Shown one piece after another: positions 8,844 to 17,056 of a stretch of 56,656 bases of DNA. The notes beneath the pieces are model-generated. The model was not told the DNA's origin. It made no database searches and saw only the letters and a list, made by a program, of their open reading frames with translations. Made by a program: the position numbers and the translations under genes. This DNA is from a virus (Duplodnaviria; Caudoviricetes). Within the stretch, counting starts at the first letter, position 1, and each line of letters begins with the position of its first letter. The stretch covers positions 1-56,656 of IMG/VR virus record IMGVR_UViG_3300036859_000863, one strand, 5' to 3'.

Positions 8844-9286
8844 GCCTGCGCCTCGTTCCCGTCTCATTCCGTGAAGCGTCGGCGTTCGTCGCGGCGTTGC
8901 ATCGCCATCACCGCCCGCCGGTGGGGATGAAGTTCGCTATCGGCGCAGCTGACGGCGACGTGCTGGTGGGGGTGGCGATGGTGGGTCGGCCTGTTGCCCG
9001 CCGTTTCGATGACGGTCTGACATTGGAAGTCAACCGCACCTGCACGGACGGGACACAGAACGCCAACAGCATGCTCTACGGGGCCGCCTGGCGAGCAGCG
9101 AAGGCTCTCGGCTATCAGCGGCTCATCACCTACACGCAAGCGGGAGAGAGCGGTACAAGCCTCTCTGCGGCCGGTTGGCGAGTCGTTGCCGAACGTGCAG
9201 CCCGCTCAGGTTGGGATACGCCCTCACGTCGCCGTGACGGCCACGGCGTTGATGGCATCGGCCGCACTTTGTGGGAGGCGTCGTGA
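8840..9286 (+). CDS. XF1762-family protein (GNAT-like phage protein)
   Basis: Motifs HRHH, VGRPVARRFDDG, TLEVNRTCTDG, NANSMLYGAAWRAAKALGY and GESGTSLSAAGW. Confidence 0.75.
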   Translation: MSLRLVPVSFREASAFVAALHRHHRPPVGMKFAIGAADGDVLVGVAMVGRPVARRFDDGLTLEVNRTCTDGTQNANSMLYGAAWRAAKALGYQRLITYTQAGESGTSLSAAGWRVVAERAARSGWDTPSRRRDGHGVDGIGRTLWEAS

Positions 9287-9311
9287 GCGTCCTATGGGAA
9301 GAGGGGGAAAC

Positions 9312-9539
9312 ATGACTCTGCAGGAGGCCAGAGACAACTTCTATAGCCGCGGCCATACCTATCAGACCGAGACGTACGTGCGGGCTTTGGAAGACGAGTA
9401 CGACGAGCTGCGCGGTTTGCTCACTGACATCGTCGCCAACGTATACCGGTTTGAAGGTTCCCAGTGGGTCGAGATTCCGCTATCAGTGATTGAACACCTT
9501 CGCTCTTACCTTTCCCTATGGGAAGAGAAACAGAAATGA
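9312..9539 (+). CDS. Hypothetical protein (cassette gene)
   Basis: ATG after GAGGGGG; ends LSLWEEKQK in the junction repeat. Confidence 0.6.
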   Translation: MTLQEARDNFYSRGHTYQTETYVRALEDEYDELRGLLTDIVANVYRFEGSQWVEIPLSVIEHLRSYLSLWEEKQK

Positions 9540-9720
9540 GCCGTCGGGGGTGCGGTGGTGGTCGTCGACGTGACTCGCTGCACGTTCGTGGACTCGACGA
9601 TCCTCGCCGCGATCCTGGCGGACGCGGCGCCTGACGTGACGGTCGTCGGCGCGGTCGGCGAGGTGCGCCGCCTCTTCGAGATCACAGGTATGGAGCGGTA
9701 TCTCGCCTAGCCTGAGGATC

Positions 9721-10056
9721 GTGGAGCCGGTCGGGAATCGGATCGGAGCGTGGGACCGGACAGTCGACGTGCTCGCCCGCGAGCCGCAGCTGCTCCTCTC
9801 GGCGGTGCGGGCGTCGCTGCTCGCCGCGGTATCGTTCGGGCTGGGCTGGTCCCCGGAGGCGATCGGCGCGGTGATGATCGCCCTGGAGGCGTGGCTGGCG
9901 TTAGCGTCACGGGTCATGTCGGTGCCGCGCCGCGCCGTCGACGGGCAGGTCAAGGCGGCGGTCGCGGTCGAGCGAGCCGAGATCACGGATTACCTGCATG
10001 CAGCCGAGCAGGCGAAGGCCCGGCCGCTGCGAGTACCGCGACTCGCCGGCGGGTAG
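9721..10056 (+). CDS. Holin-like membrane protein
   Basis: REPQLLLSAV...FGLGWSPEAIGAVMIAL...RVMSVP, a two-TM pattern typical of actinophage holins; charged C-terminus. Confidence 0.65.
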   Translation: MEPVGNRIGAWDRTVDVLAREPQLLLSAVRASLLAAVSFGLGWSPEAIGAVMIALEAWLALASRVMSVPRRAVDGQVKAAVAVERAEITDYLHAAEQAKARPLRVPRLAGG

Positions 10057-10066
10057 AGGAGCGGGC

Positions 10067-10156
10067 GTGAACGTCGAGCGGGTCCTGGTCATCGCCATAC
10101 TGGTGGTGCTGCTGGTGTGGATGCTCAGCTACCTGTTCGGCAATCCCGTGCGCTGA
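10067..10156 (+). CDS. 29-aa single-TM micro-protein
   Basis: GAGGAG SD; VNVERVLVIAILVVLLVWMLSYLFGNPVR*. Confidence 0.55.
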   Translation: MNVERVLVIAILVVLLVWMLSYLFGNPVR

Positions 10157-10160
10157 CCGG

Positions 10161-10514
10161 TCAGCGCTGCCAGCCGGGATTGCCCTGGCAGTTCTCACTG
10201 AGCGTTACGAGCTGCAGATGAGCGGGATTCCAGCATGCTCGGTGCGGACAGGATGGGCCGCTGCAACTCGCGCCAGCGAGCCGTGCCCTGCGGTGGCAGA
10301 TGTGATCGACGGTCATATCTACCGGGATAGCGCCGACGAAGATCTCGAAGCTGACGCGATGCAGCCGCTTTACGTACTGGCGGCCGTTCTCGTTCCAGCC
10401 GAGCTGCCCGTATCCCCACTTGTCGAGACTGAGGAACGCCGGCCAGCACTCGTCATCGGGACGGCCGCGGGATTCGAACATCAGCCGGAGCACCACTCGG
10501 TTTGGTATGGTCAT
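10161..10514 (-). CDS. HNH endonuclease (HNH_3-like)
   Basis: ECW...GYGQL...LHRVSFEIFVGAIP...VDHICH...CWNPAHLQLVTLSEN; AGGAG SD. Confidence 0.85.
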   Translation of the reverse strand: MTIPNRVVLRLMFESRGRPDDECWPAFLSLDKWGYGQLGWNENGRQYVKRLHRVSFEIFVGAIPVDMTVDHICHRRARLAGASCSGPSCPHRACWNPAHLQLVTLSENCQGNPGWQR

Positions 10515-10593
10515 TCCAACTCCTATGGGGTAGGAGTAGATGCCGTCGGCCGGTCGGCCCGTAGTCCCAGTGCGAACCGACCGGCCCGCGGTT

Positions 10594-11784
10594 CTATCGG
10601 CCGGACGCCTCGTTCTCCGCGGCCTGCGCATGCAACAGTTCCGCTGTCAGTACGAGACGCCGTAAATCGATCGGCCAGCCTTCGTGGTCGATACCCAGTT
10701 CCGTCAAGGTCCCGTTCACCTTCTGGTGGTGGAGCTGGCGGACGTACTCGATGACCGGGGTCGAGTCGGCCTCCGGGAGCTGGGCGAGCAGCTTCTGGAC
10801 CCGCATGGCCGCGGCGTGCAACGCGTGCCGCTCAGCCTCGCTGTCGGCGGGCTGCTCCTCGTTTGGCTCCTCGTCCGCCTGTGTGGCCTCAGGAGCCGTC
10901 GCGGGCGTTTCCCCGGCCGGTTCTGCCTCCGACGCGTCTGCGACGCTCTCGGGGCTGTCTAGCGTCTGCTCGCCGGACTCCAGGAATGCCTCCACAGTCT
11001 CGACCTGCTCGTCGGTCATGTCCTTGGGGACGCGGGTGATGCCGTGCTCGTCGCAGAACTCGCGCAGGATCGCCCGCCGGTCGGCGTCGAGGCCGCGGAT
11101 CCGGTCGGCGAGGGCGATACGACGCTGCCGGCCTTCATCGGGTGGGGGCAGTTCCTGGACGTCAATGGCGTTGCCGCGTTCGTCGACGTCGGCGCCCATC
11201 TCCTCCGGCACGTAGGCGGCACCGAGGAGCACGTCGGCGTACAGCATCCGGCAGAGCTGGCCGAGCGCCCGCGCCCACAGCATCGACCGGGTGTACGCCT
11301 CCCACGGCATGACCTTGCCCTCCTTCGACCGGGCGTACACGGTGCCGTCGTCGCGGCGCTTGCACAGCCCGGCTCGCACGGCGTCGTCGAGCGTGAACTC
11401 GAACTCCATCATGTCGCCCGTGTCGGCCCGCTTGCCGCGGGCGACGGCACGCTCGTGGGTGACGTCCCCGGTGAGACTGTGCCCGGCCCGTCTGACGAGC
11501 GCCTCCATGCCTTCGGGGGAGACGGTCGGCTTGCCGTCGATGACCGCGATGAACCGCATCGCGGTGGTGACCCCCCAGCCCAACTCGCGGCCCATCAGCG
11601 CGGCGGTGACGACGTTCTCCGGCCGACCCCGGTACGCGCCCGGCACCAAGCCGGACGCCGCCATCTGGTCGGCCTGGGCCAGCATCATCTTCCACTCCGA
11701 CTCGCGGGGTGGGGCGACGACGGGCAGACCCTCTGAGGGCGGCTCGGTGGCGGTCGTCTCGATCGGCGGCTCGGCGGCGCTCAC
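10594..11784 (-). CDS. RecT-like single-strand annealing recombinase
   Basis: LVPGAYRGRPENVVTAALMGRELG...IAVIDGKPTVS, W..Y.RSMLWARA and LLGAAYVPEEM; acidic C-terminal region. Confidence 0.75.
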   Translation of the reverse strand: MSAAEPPIETTATEPPSEGLPVVAPPRESEWKMMLAQADQMAASGLVPGAYRGRPENVVTAALMGRELGWGVTTAMRFIAVIDGKPTVSPEGMEALVRRAGHSLTGDVTHERAVARGKRADTGDMMEFEFTLDDAVRAGLCKRRDDGTVYARSKEGKVMPWEAYTRSMLWARALGQLCRMLYADVLLGAAYVPEEMGADVDERGNAIDVQELPPPDEGRQRRIALADRIRGLDADRRAILREFCDEHGITRVPKDMTDEQVETVEAFLESGEQTLDSPESVADASEAEPAGETPATAPEATQADEEPNEEQPADSEAERHALHAAAMRVQKLLAQLPEADSTPVIEYVRQLHHQKVNGTLTELGIDHEGWPIDLRRLVLTAELLHAQAAENEASGR

Positions 11785-12473
11785 GACTCACCGTCGATCA
11801 GCTCGAACGTGCGAGGGGCGACCTCGACCCGATCGGGCTCGCGGGGAACCAGGACGTGCAACCAGTCGTCCACCACCTGGCCGGTCTCCTTCTCGACCGC
11901 CCGGCACATCAGCCACTCGACCCCGTCGAAATCGAGCGCTGCGGACGGCTCCAGCACCCCCTTGTCGTCGGTGACCGCCTCGACGGCCCCGCCGATCGCC
12001 TGCTTGTCCGGCTCGACCCGCACTCGCAGCCAGTCCACCGGCAGCTCGCCGGCGACCTCGACGCTCACCTTCGCCGCCTCCTGGAACAGCGCCGAATCGA
12101 CCTCGACCCTCGTACGGGCCGGCCGCAGCCGCAGCTCGCCGCCCGGCAGCTTCACCGTCCGGGCGCCGGTCGCCTTGGCGTGCGCCCGCATCCACAGCTC
12201 GGCCTGCGCCCGGGCGTACTCGGCCTGCCGGTTCAGGATCCGCAGCCGGTCCTCCAGCCACTCATCGATCACCTGCCGCTCCCGGTCGTGCAGCCGGTGC
12301 ACCTTCACCCGGTCCCGCTCGACGCGGGCCAGGACCCGCAGGATACGGTCGCCGACCAGCAGGTCGGTCGGGTCGAGGTTCGGGTCCGGTTCGAGCTGCC
12401 AGCGGTCGTCGAGGTCGTCGTCGGCGTGGGCTTCCTCCCACGCTTGATCCCAGTCGTCGGGTCGGTCGGTCAT
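11781..12473 (-). CDS. Gam-like (Mu Gam/Gp157-type) host-nuclease inhibitor
   Basis: Coiled-coil followed by ARTVKLPGGELRLR and LRVRVEPDKQAI; located upstream of the annealing protein. Confidence 0.6.
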   Translation of the reverse strand: MTDRPDDWDQAWEEAHADDDLDDRWQLEPDPNLDPTDLLVGDRILRVLARVERDRVKVHRLHDRERQVIDEWLEDRLRILNRQAEYARAQAELWMRAHAKATGARTVKLPGGELRLRPARTRVEVDSALFQEAAKVSVEVAGELPVDWLRVRVEPDKQAIGGAVEAVTDDKGVLEPSAALDFDGVEWLMCRAVEKETGQVVDDWLHVLVPREPDRVEVAPRTFELIDGES

Positions 12474-12495
12474 GTCTCCTCCAAAGGGGTAGGGG

Positions 12496-12533
12496 TTGCT
12501 ATCAACATACTACCCAGGGGGTGAGACAGTGAA
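12496..12533 (-). promoter_or_regulatory. Leftward promoter of recombination operon with TAGCAA operator half-site
   Basis: Minus strand reads TTCACT-N18-TATGTT, then gaTAGCAA, CTACCCC and a GGAGGAG SD. Confidence 0.5.
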
Positions 12534-12537
12534 CGCG

Positions 12538-12576
12538 GCGACGCCCCCAAGCTTGGTGTAGCGTTGGGGGCGTCGC
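12538..12576. terminator. 13-bp perfect inverted repeat (terminator/regulatory hairpin)
   Basis: GCGACGCCCCCAA-N13-TTGGGGGCGTCGC in the divergent intergenic region. Confidence 0.55.
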
Positions 12577-12709
12577 ACTCGATCCGGCCGGCCGATAGCC
12601 GGACCTGGGATCTGGTGTGACCTCAACCTGCTGTCGACAGAAAGGCCACTCCTGTGAGCCACTCTACCCGAAACTTGTCCACAGGTAACCCGGTTGTTTG
12701 GGGACAACT

Positions 12710-12949
12710 ATGAGCGCCGACGTTGAAGCCGTCGTTCATGACGTCCGGGAATGCCTCGCTGCCATCCGCCGAGGCGTCAAAGCGCTCGCTGAATGCCAGG
12801 ATCGCGGAGAGGCCCTAGAGGTCGGCGAAGTGATAGACGCGTGCGCGGCAACTATCCAGGCCGCACTCGCTGATCCGACGACGTTGGCCGAGGTGTTTCC
12901 TGCTGCGAAGGTTTCCACAATCCTCGAAGCCTGGCAGTCAGCACGATGA
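12710..12949 (+). CDS. Hypothetical protein
   Basis: First gene of the rightward operon; ATGA overlap with the initiator gene. Confidence 0.55.
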   Translation: MSADVEAVVHDVRECLAAIRRGVKALAECQDRGEALEVGEVIDACAATIQAALADPTTLAEVFPAAKVSTILEAWQSAR

Positions 12950-13722
12950 GCACCCGAGTGCAGACATGGGTGTTCCTGAACAGCGAGGCCACGGGCAACG
13001 ACAGGCTCGTGTTGCTGGCGCTAGCCGACGAGGCCGACGACGACGGTGGCTCCTGCTACCCGTCGATTCAGCGGCTGGCGCTCAAGACCCGGTGCAACGC
13101 TCGGACGGTGCGCCGCTGCATCGAGCGGCTGGAGGCTGACGGCGCGCTTGATGTCGAGCGGGGTGGCGCCGGTCGCGGCAACGTCAACCGCTACCGCATT
13201 CTGCTGGATAAGGGGGACAATCTGTCACCCTTACCGGCGGGGATAATGGGGCCTCCAGGTGCCCCATTAGCGGCTGAGAAAAGGGGCGAAAAGGGGCGCC
13301 CAGGGGTGCACCAGACCCATAAACCCACTAATCAAAACACGCGCGTTGAACAACAAACGTTGGTTGAAGATCAAAATGCCGTGTCGAACGATCACGACGA
13401 GGACTCGATGCGGGGCTTCGACCTGTTCTGGTCGGTCTACCCGGCGCGTAACGGCCGCAAGGCAGACAAGCCGGACGCGGTCGCGAAATGGAAACGTCTC
13501 AGCCTCGATGACAAGCGGGCCGCGTATCGGGCCGCAGTGAACCTGTGCGACGCGGTGGCCCGCGGCGAGACCCTCGCCAAAGACGCCCACCGGTTCCTGA
13601 CCAACCGTCGCTGGGAGGCCTGGCTGGCGGACCCTGATCCCGCGGAGCGGCGGCGTCCCCCCTGGGTGCCGGACAACGCGGTCCCCGACGGTGACGGCGG
13701 CTGGCTCATCGAGTACGGCTGA
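12946..13722 (+). CDS. Phage replication initiator (winged-HTH N-domain)
   Basis: RLVLLALADEADDDGGSCYPSIQRLALKT...RTVRRCIERLE and FDLFWSVYP...K motifs; directly upstream of the helicase. Confidence 0.8.
   Translation: MSTRVQTWVFLNSEATGNDRLVLLALADEADDDGGSCYPSIQRLALKTRCNARTVRRCIERLEADGALDVERGGAGRGNVNRYRILLDKGDNLSPLPAGIMGPPGAPLAAEKRGEKGRPGVHQTHKPTNQNTRVEQQTLVEDQNAVSNDHDEDSMRGFDLFWSVYPARNGRKADKPDAVAKWKRLSLDDKRAAYRAAVNLCDAVARGETLAKDAHRFLTNRRWEAWLADPDPAERRRPPWVPDNAVPDGDGGWLIEYG
13209..13380. other. Probable replication origin inside initiator gene
   Basis: Inverted repeats TAAGGGGGACA/TGTCACCCTTA and TAATGGGGC/GCCCCATTA, tandem AAAAGGGGCG x2, followed by an AT-richer tract. Confidence 0.5.
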
Positions 13723-15014
13723 TGGCCGGCGAACCGCTAGCGAACCTCGACATGGAAGCCGCCACGCTCGGAGCGATGCTCAACTCGCACGCCGCCGCCC
13801 GCGTCGCGCTCACGCTGGGGACTGCCGAGGATTTCTTTCGACCTGCGCACGCGGCCGTGTTCGCGGCGATCGCCGAGGTATGGGCCGCCGGAGATCCGCC
13901 CGACGTAGCGACCGTGGCCGACCGGATGCGACGCACCGGGACGCTGGACCTGCTCGATTCGGAAGCCGAGTTGAACCGGTTCCAGATGGTCGCTCCGTCC
14001 ACGACCGGCATCGCCAGCTACATGCGAACGGTGGTCAGCTACTCGGCGACACGACAGCTGGCGCGGCTCGGCGAGGAACTCATGGCCGCGGCCAAGGATC
14101 TGCGGAACCCGGGTGAGCTCATCGACGAGTACCGGACCCGGCTCGACGCCATCCCGTTGACACCCGAGGCACGGGTACCGGCGGGCATCTACACCGCCGA
14201 CGAGTGGTTGGCGCGCCCCGAGTCGGCCGCGAAACCGTGGGTGATACCCGGGCTGTTCCGGGCGGACTGGCGGATCATCCTAGTCGCCGTCGAGGGATTG
14301 GGGAAGACCGCTGTCGCCCAGCAGATCGGGCTGTGCGCGGCGGCCGGCCGACACCCGTTCGTCAAGACGTCGATGGAACCGGTGTCCGTGCTGCTCGTCG
14401 ACCTGGAGAACCCTGCGGAGCGCATCACCGAGGGTTTCGATCAGATCGTGGGGGCGCTGCGGGCGGAGATGGGGGCGAGCTATGACGGCAGCCGGTTTCA
14501 CGTGTGGCCGTACAAGCGCAGCCTGAACCTGCGGCGGCGAGCCGATCGCGAGCGACTGGAGGGAGTGATCGCTAGGTATCGGCCGGAGCTGGTTCTGATC
14601 GGTCCGCTTTACAAGTGCTTCCGCCGCAACCCGCGGGAGGACCTGGAGGACGCGGCACTCGACGTGGCCGTGACCTTCGATGACTTGCAGGACCGATACG
14701 GGTTCGCGCTGATGATCGAACACCACGTCCCGAAGGGGACCCACAACGTTCGAGACCTGGTGCCGTTCGGGTCGGCCGTGTGGTTGAAGTGGCCCGACCT
14801 GGGGATGACGATGAAGAAGGCCGGCCGGGACGCCACGGAGGGCGCCCGCTTGGTGAGCACCTATCGGGAATCGCGGGTTAAGCACTGGTGGCCGTGCGAG
14901 TTGCATCGCAACGGTGGATTGCCGTGGGAAGCCCGGTGGGCGGACGACACTTGGAAATCGGTCATCTATCAGCAGGAGCTGCCGCCTGCTGATCTCGCCG
15001 GACTGGAGTTCTGA
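13722..15014 (+). CDS. Replicative helicase (DnaB-like N-domain plus AAA_25/RecA-fold ATPase)
   Basis: NLDMEAATLGAML, EDFFRPAHAAVFAAI; Walker A-like AVEGLGKT; LLVDLEN; PFGSAVWLKWPD. Confidence 0.8.
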   Translation: MAGEPLANLDMEAATLGAMLNSHAAARVALTLGTAEDFFRPAHAAVFAAIAEVWAAGDPPDVATVADRMRRTGTLDLLDSEAELNRFQMVAPSTTGIASYMRTVVSYSATRQLARLGEELMAAAKDLRNPGELIDEYRTRLDAIPLTPEARVPAGIYTADEWLARPESAAKPWVIPGLFRADWRIILVAVEGLGKTAVAQQIGLCAAAGRHPFVKTSMEPVSVLLVDLENPAERITEGFDQIVGALRAEMGASYDGSRFHVWPYKRSLNLRRRADRERLEGVIARYRPELVLIGPLYKCFRRNPREDLEDAALDVAVTFDDLQDRYGFALMIEHHVPKGTHNVRDLVPFGSAVWLKWPDLGMTMKKAGRDATEGARLVSTYRESRVKHWWPCELHRNGGLPWEARWADDTWKSVIYQQELPPADLAGLEF

Positions 15015-15015
15015 C

Positions 15016-15201
15016 GTGCTCGACCGCGGTGCCGTGCCGCGACTGAAGGTCGAGACGCCGGTCGGGCTCGTGCAGCAGCCGCTCACTACCGACTTCGACA
15101 CGTCGCTGCGGATGGTCGCCGACCTGTGCCTGGCGTTCGCGCCGGAGGCGATCGCCGGAACGACGTGGTGGGTCGAGCCGCCGGCATCGCCCGATGGGTA
15201 G
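15016..15201 (+). CDS. Small hypothetical protein
   Basis: GTG immediately after the helicase stop; fills the gap before the next promoter. Confidence 0.4.
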   Translation: MLDRGAVPRLKVETPVGLVQQPLTTDFDTSLRMVADLCLAFAPEAIAGTTWWVEPPASPDG

Positions 15202-15208
15202 CCGACGT

Positions 15209-15226
15209 GTGCTAGCGTGTTAGCAA
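15209..15226. promoter_or_regulatory. Operator-like palindrome (g)TGCTA-N6-TAGCAA
   Basis: One-mismatch copy of the palindrome at 19215 and 24314. Confidence 0.55.
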
Positions 15227-15246
15227 CTACCCCTGAGGAGGAGAGC

Positions 15247-16077
15247 GTGGAAGAGTTTGAACATGTTGAGCCGACCTATCGGACCATAACGCTGACGCCG
15301 GAGCTGGCGAGGGAGTTCCTGCGATCGAACTCTCTGAACCGGAACCTCAATATGCACGTCGTTGAGCGATTCGCCGAGGAGATGGCCCGAGGGAACTGGC
15401 TGGAGAACGGCGACGCGATCCGAAGGTCGATCGACGGTGTACTGCTTGATGGTCAGCATCGGTGCGCCGCCGTAGCGAAGTCCGGCGTAGCTATTCGCTG
15501 CATCCTTGTCGAAGGACTGCCGAAATCGACGATTATCACGATCGACGCCGGCCGACCGCGATCGTTCGCTGACTACCTCAAGATCCAGCATCACGAGAAC
15601 GCCGACGCACTCGCTGCTCTTACGCGGGTGTTGTATCTCTACGAAATCGGCAAGTTCACCACAGGAACCCCGATCAAGCCCACGTTCCAGCAGTTAAAGG
15701 TCGTGCTCGACAATCATCACGACGACATGGTGTCGAGTCTGTCCGTAGCGGCCAGCGTGCGGCGGCGAATCCGAGTCAGCCCGTCTGTGCTGGCGTTAGG
15801 GCACTATGTGTTCGCTCGCATCGACCCTGCCGACGCTAAGGACTTCTTCGAACGTCTGCGCGATGGCGTCGATCTCCCGGAAGGGAATCCGATTCTCACT
15901 CTGCGCCGGTCGATTGAGCGAGATATGACCGCACAGAGCGGGCGGCGAATGGACACCGTCCTACTGATGGCAATCCTGATAAAGGCGTGGAATGCCTACA
16001 GGCGCGGTGACGAGATTCGACTCCTCGCTTGGAAACGCGGTGGCGCCGCGCCGGAAAGATTCCCGGTACCGGAATGA
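15247..16077 (+). CDS. ParB/Srx-like DGQHR-motif protein
   Basis: ITLTPELAREFL..N..NR...GNW..NGDAI...LLDGQHR...IDAGRPRS; strong SD; lower GC than its neighbours. Confidence 0.7.
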   Translation: MEEFEHVEPTYRTITLTPELAREFLRSNSLNRNLNMHVVERFAEEMARGNWLENGDAIRRSIDGVLLDGQHRCAAVAKSGVAIRCILVEGLPKSTIITIDAGRPRSFADYLKIQHHENADALAALTRVLYLYEIGKFTTGTPIKPTFQQLKVVLDNHHDDMVSSLSVAASVRRRIRVSPSVLALGHYVFARIDPADAKDFFERLRDGVDLPEGNPILTLRRSIERDMTAQSGRRMDTVLLMAILIKAWNAYRRGDEIRLLAWKRGGAAPERFPVPE

Positions 16078-16370
16078 CGACCGACAACTACCGGGCGAAC
16101 CGCCCGCTGACCGCCCGGCTGGTCGCCGGCGGCGGGATCTACTGGTCGAACCGCCGGAGACGCACGGCGCGGGTGGCGGCGGGCTCGACGGCGGTCGTCT
16201 GTCACGCCTGCGAGTTCGAGCTGCACCGCCCGGACCGGCTGGGGGACGCCGAGCGGCTGCGGCGTGAGCACTTGCGGTCGGCGCACTGGCGGGAGCTGGT
16301 GGCGGGCACGGTCGTGCTGGGCGAGGCGCCGGACGACTGGGAGCAGCGCATGCTGGAAGTACTGCGTTGA
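16074..16370 (+). CDS. Hypothetical protein with CxxC
   Basis: ATGA and TTGA overlaps; CHAC...H motif. Confidence 0.5.
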   Translation: MTTDNYRANRPLTARLVAGGGIYWSNRRRRTARVAAGSTAVVCHACEFELHRPDRLGDAERLRREHLRSAHWRELVAGTVVLGEAPDDWEQRMLEVLR

Positions 16371-17056
16371 ACACCGTCACGGTCCAGCATCCCGCCAAGT
16401 TCTCGGAGCACGTCGTCTCGTCGCTGGCGCGGCTGGTGCGGGCCGAGCAGCTGCGGGTCGGCCAGCCGCTCCGGGTTCTGGACCCGTTCGCCGGTGTCGG
16501 CCGTGTGCACCGGCTGGCGCGGCCGGGACGGGTCGAGACGGTCGGGGTCGAGATCGAGTCCGAGTGGGCGGCGTGCCACCCCGACACGCTGTGCGCCGAC
16601 GCCATCGACTGGATGCGAGCCGAGGCCGCCCGACTGGCGAGCCGGTTCGACGTGATCTGTACCAGCCCGTGCTACGGGAACCGGCTGTCGGACTCGCACG
16701 ACGCCCGAGACGGGTCGGTGCGCCGCTCGTACACCCACGACCTGGGTCGCCCGGTGACCGAGGGGTCGTCGGGGGCGATGCCGTTCGGCCCGGCCTACTG
16801 GGCGTTCCACGCCGAGGCGTACCGCCTATTCCGGCGGGTGCTGCGACCGGGCGGGCTGGTGCTGCTGAACGTTTCGGACTTCGTGCGCGACAGCGAGCTG
16901 GTGCCGGCGGTGGCGTGGCATCGGGGCGCCCTGTACGGGGCGGGGTTCCGGGAGGACGGCCGGCCGGTGCTGGTGGCGACGCAGCGGCTGCGGTTCGGCG
17001 CGAACCACGCGGCGCGGGCCGAGCACGAGGTGATCGTCAGGGCGAGGGTGACGTGA
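16367..17056 (+). CDS. DNA amino-methyltransferase (N4C/N6A type)
   Basis: HPAKF, VLDPFAGVG (SAM binding), ICTSPCY (motif IV variant) and RVLRPGG. Confidence 0.8.
   Translation: MNTVTVQHPAKFSEHVVSSLARLVRAEQLRVGQPLRVLDPFAGVGRVHRLARPGRVETVGVEIESEWAACHPDTLCADAIDWMRAEAARLASRFDVICTSPCYGNRLSDSHDARDGSVRRSYTHDLGRPVTEGSSGAMPFGPAYWAFHAEAYRLFRRVLRPGGLVLLNVSDFVRDSELVPAVAWHRGALYGAGFREDGRPVLVATQRLRFGANHAARAEHEVIVRARVT

Larger units (their letters stand above)
8700..9539 (+). repeat. Repeated gene-end/junction motif CCTATGGGAAGAG-like (encodes LWEE), 4-5 copies
   Basis: CCTTTCCCTATGGGAAGAG is exact at 8700-8718 and 9509-9527; variants lie at ~8821, ~9270 and ~9291. Confidence 0.8.
8497..9710 (+). pseudogene. 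STAS-domain anti-sigma-factor antagonist gene split by a ~0.95-kb insertion
   Basis: The N-half 8497-~8595 (VSLSGEIDVADREKLVGALAEA) and the C-half 9540-9710 (AVGGAVVVVDVTRCTFVDSTILAAIL...VRRLFEITGMERYLA*) join into a typical ~90-aa STAS protein. Confidence 0.75.

Noticed and set aside
8591-9543. IS/transposon as cause of the STAS disruption
   Set aside because: No transposase ORF or terminal inverted repeats; only a 3-4 bp microhomology.
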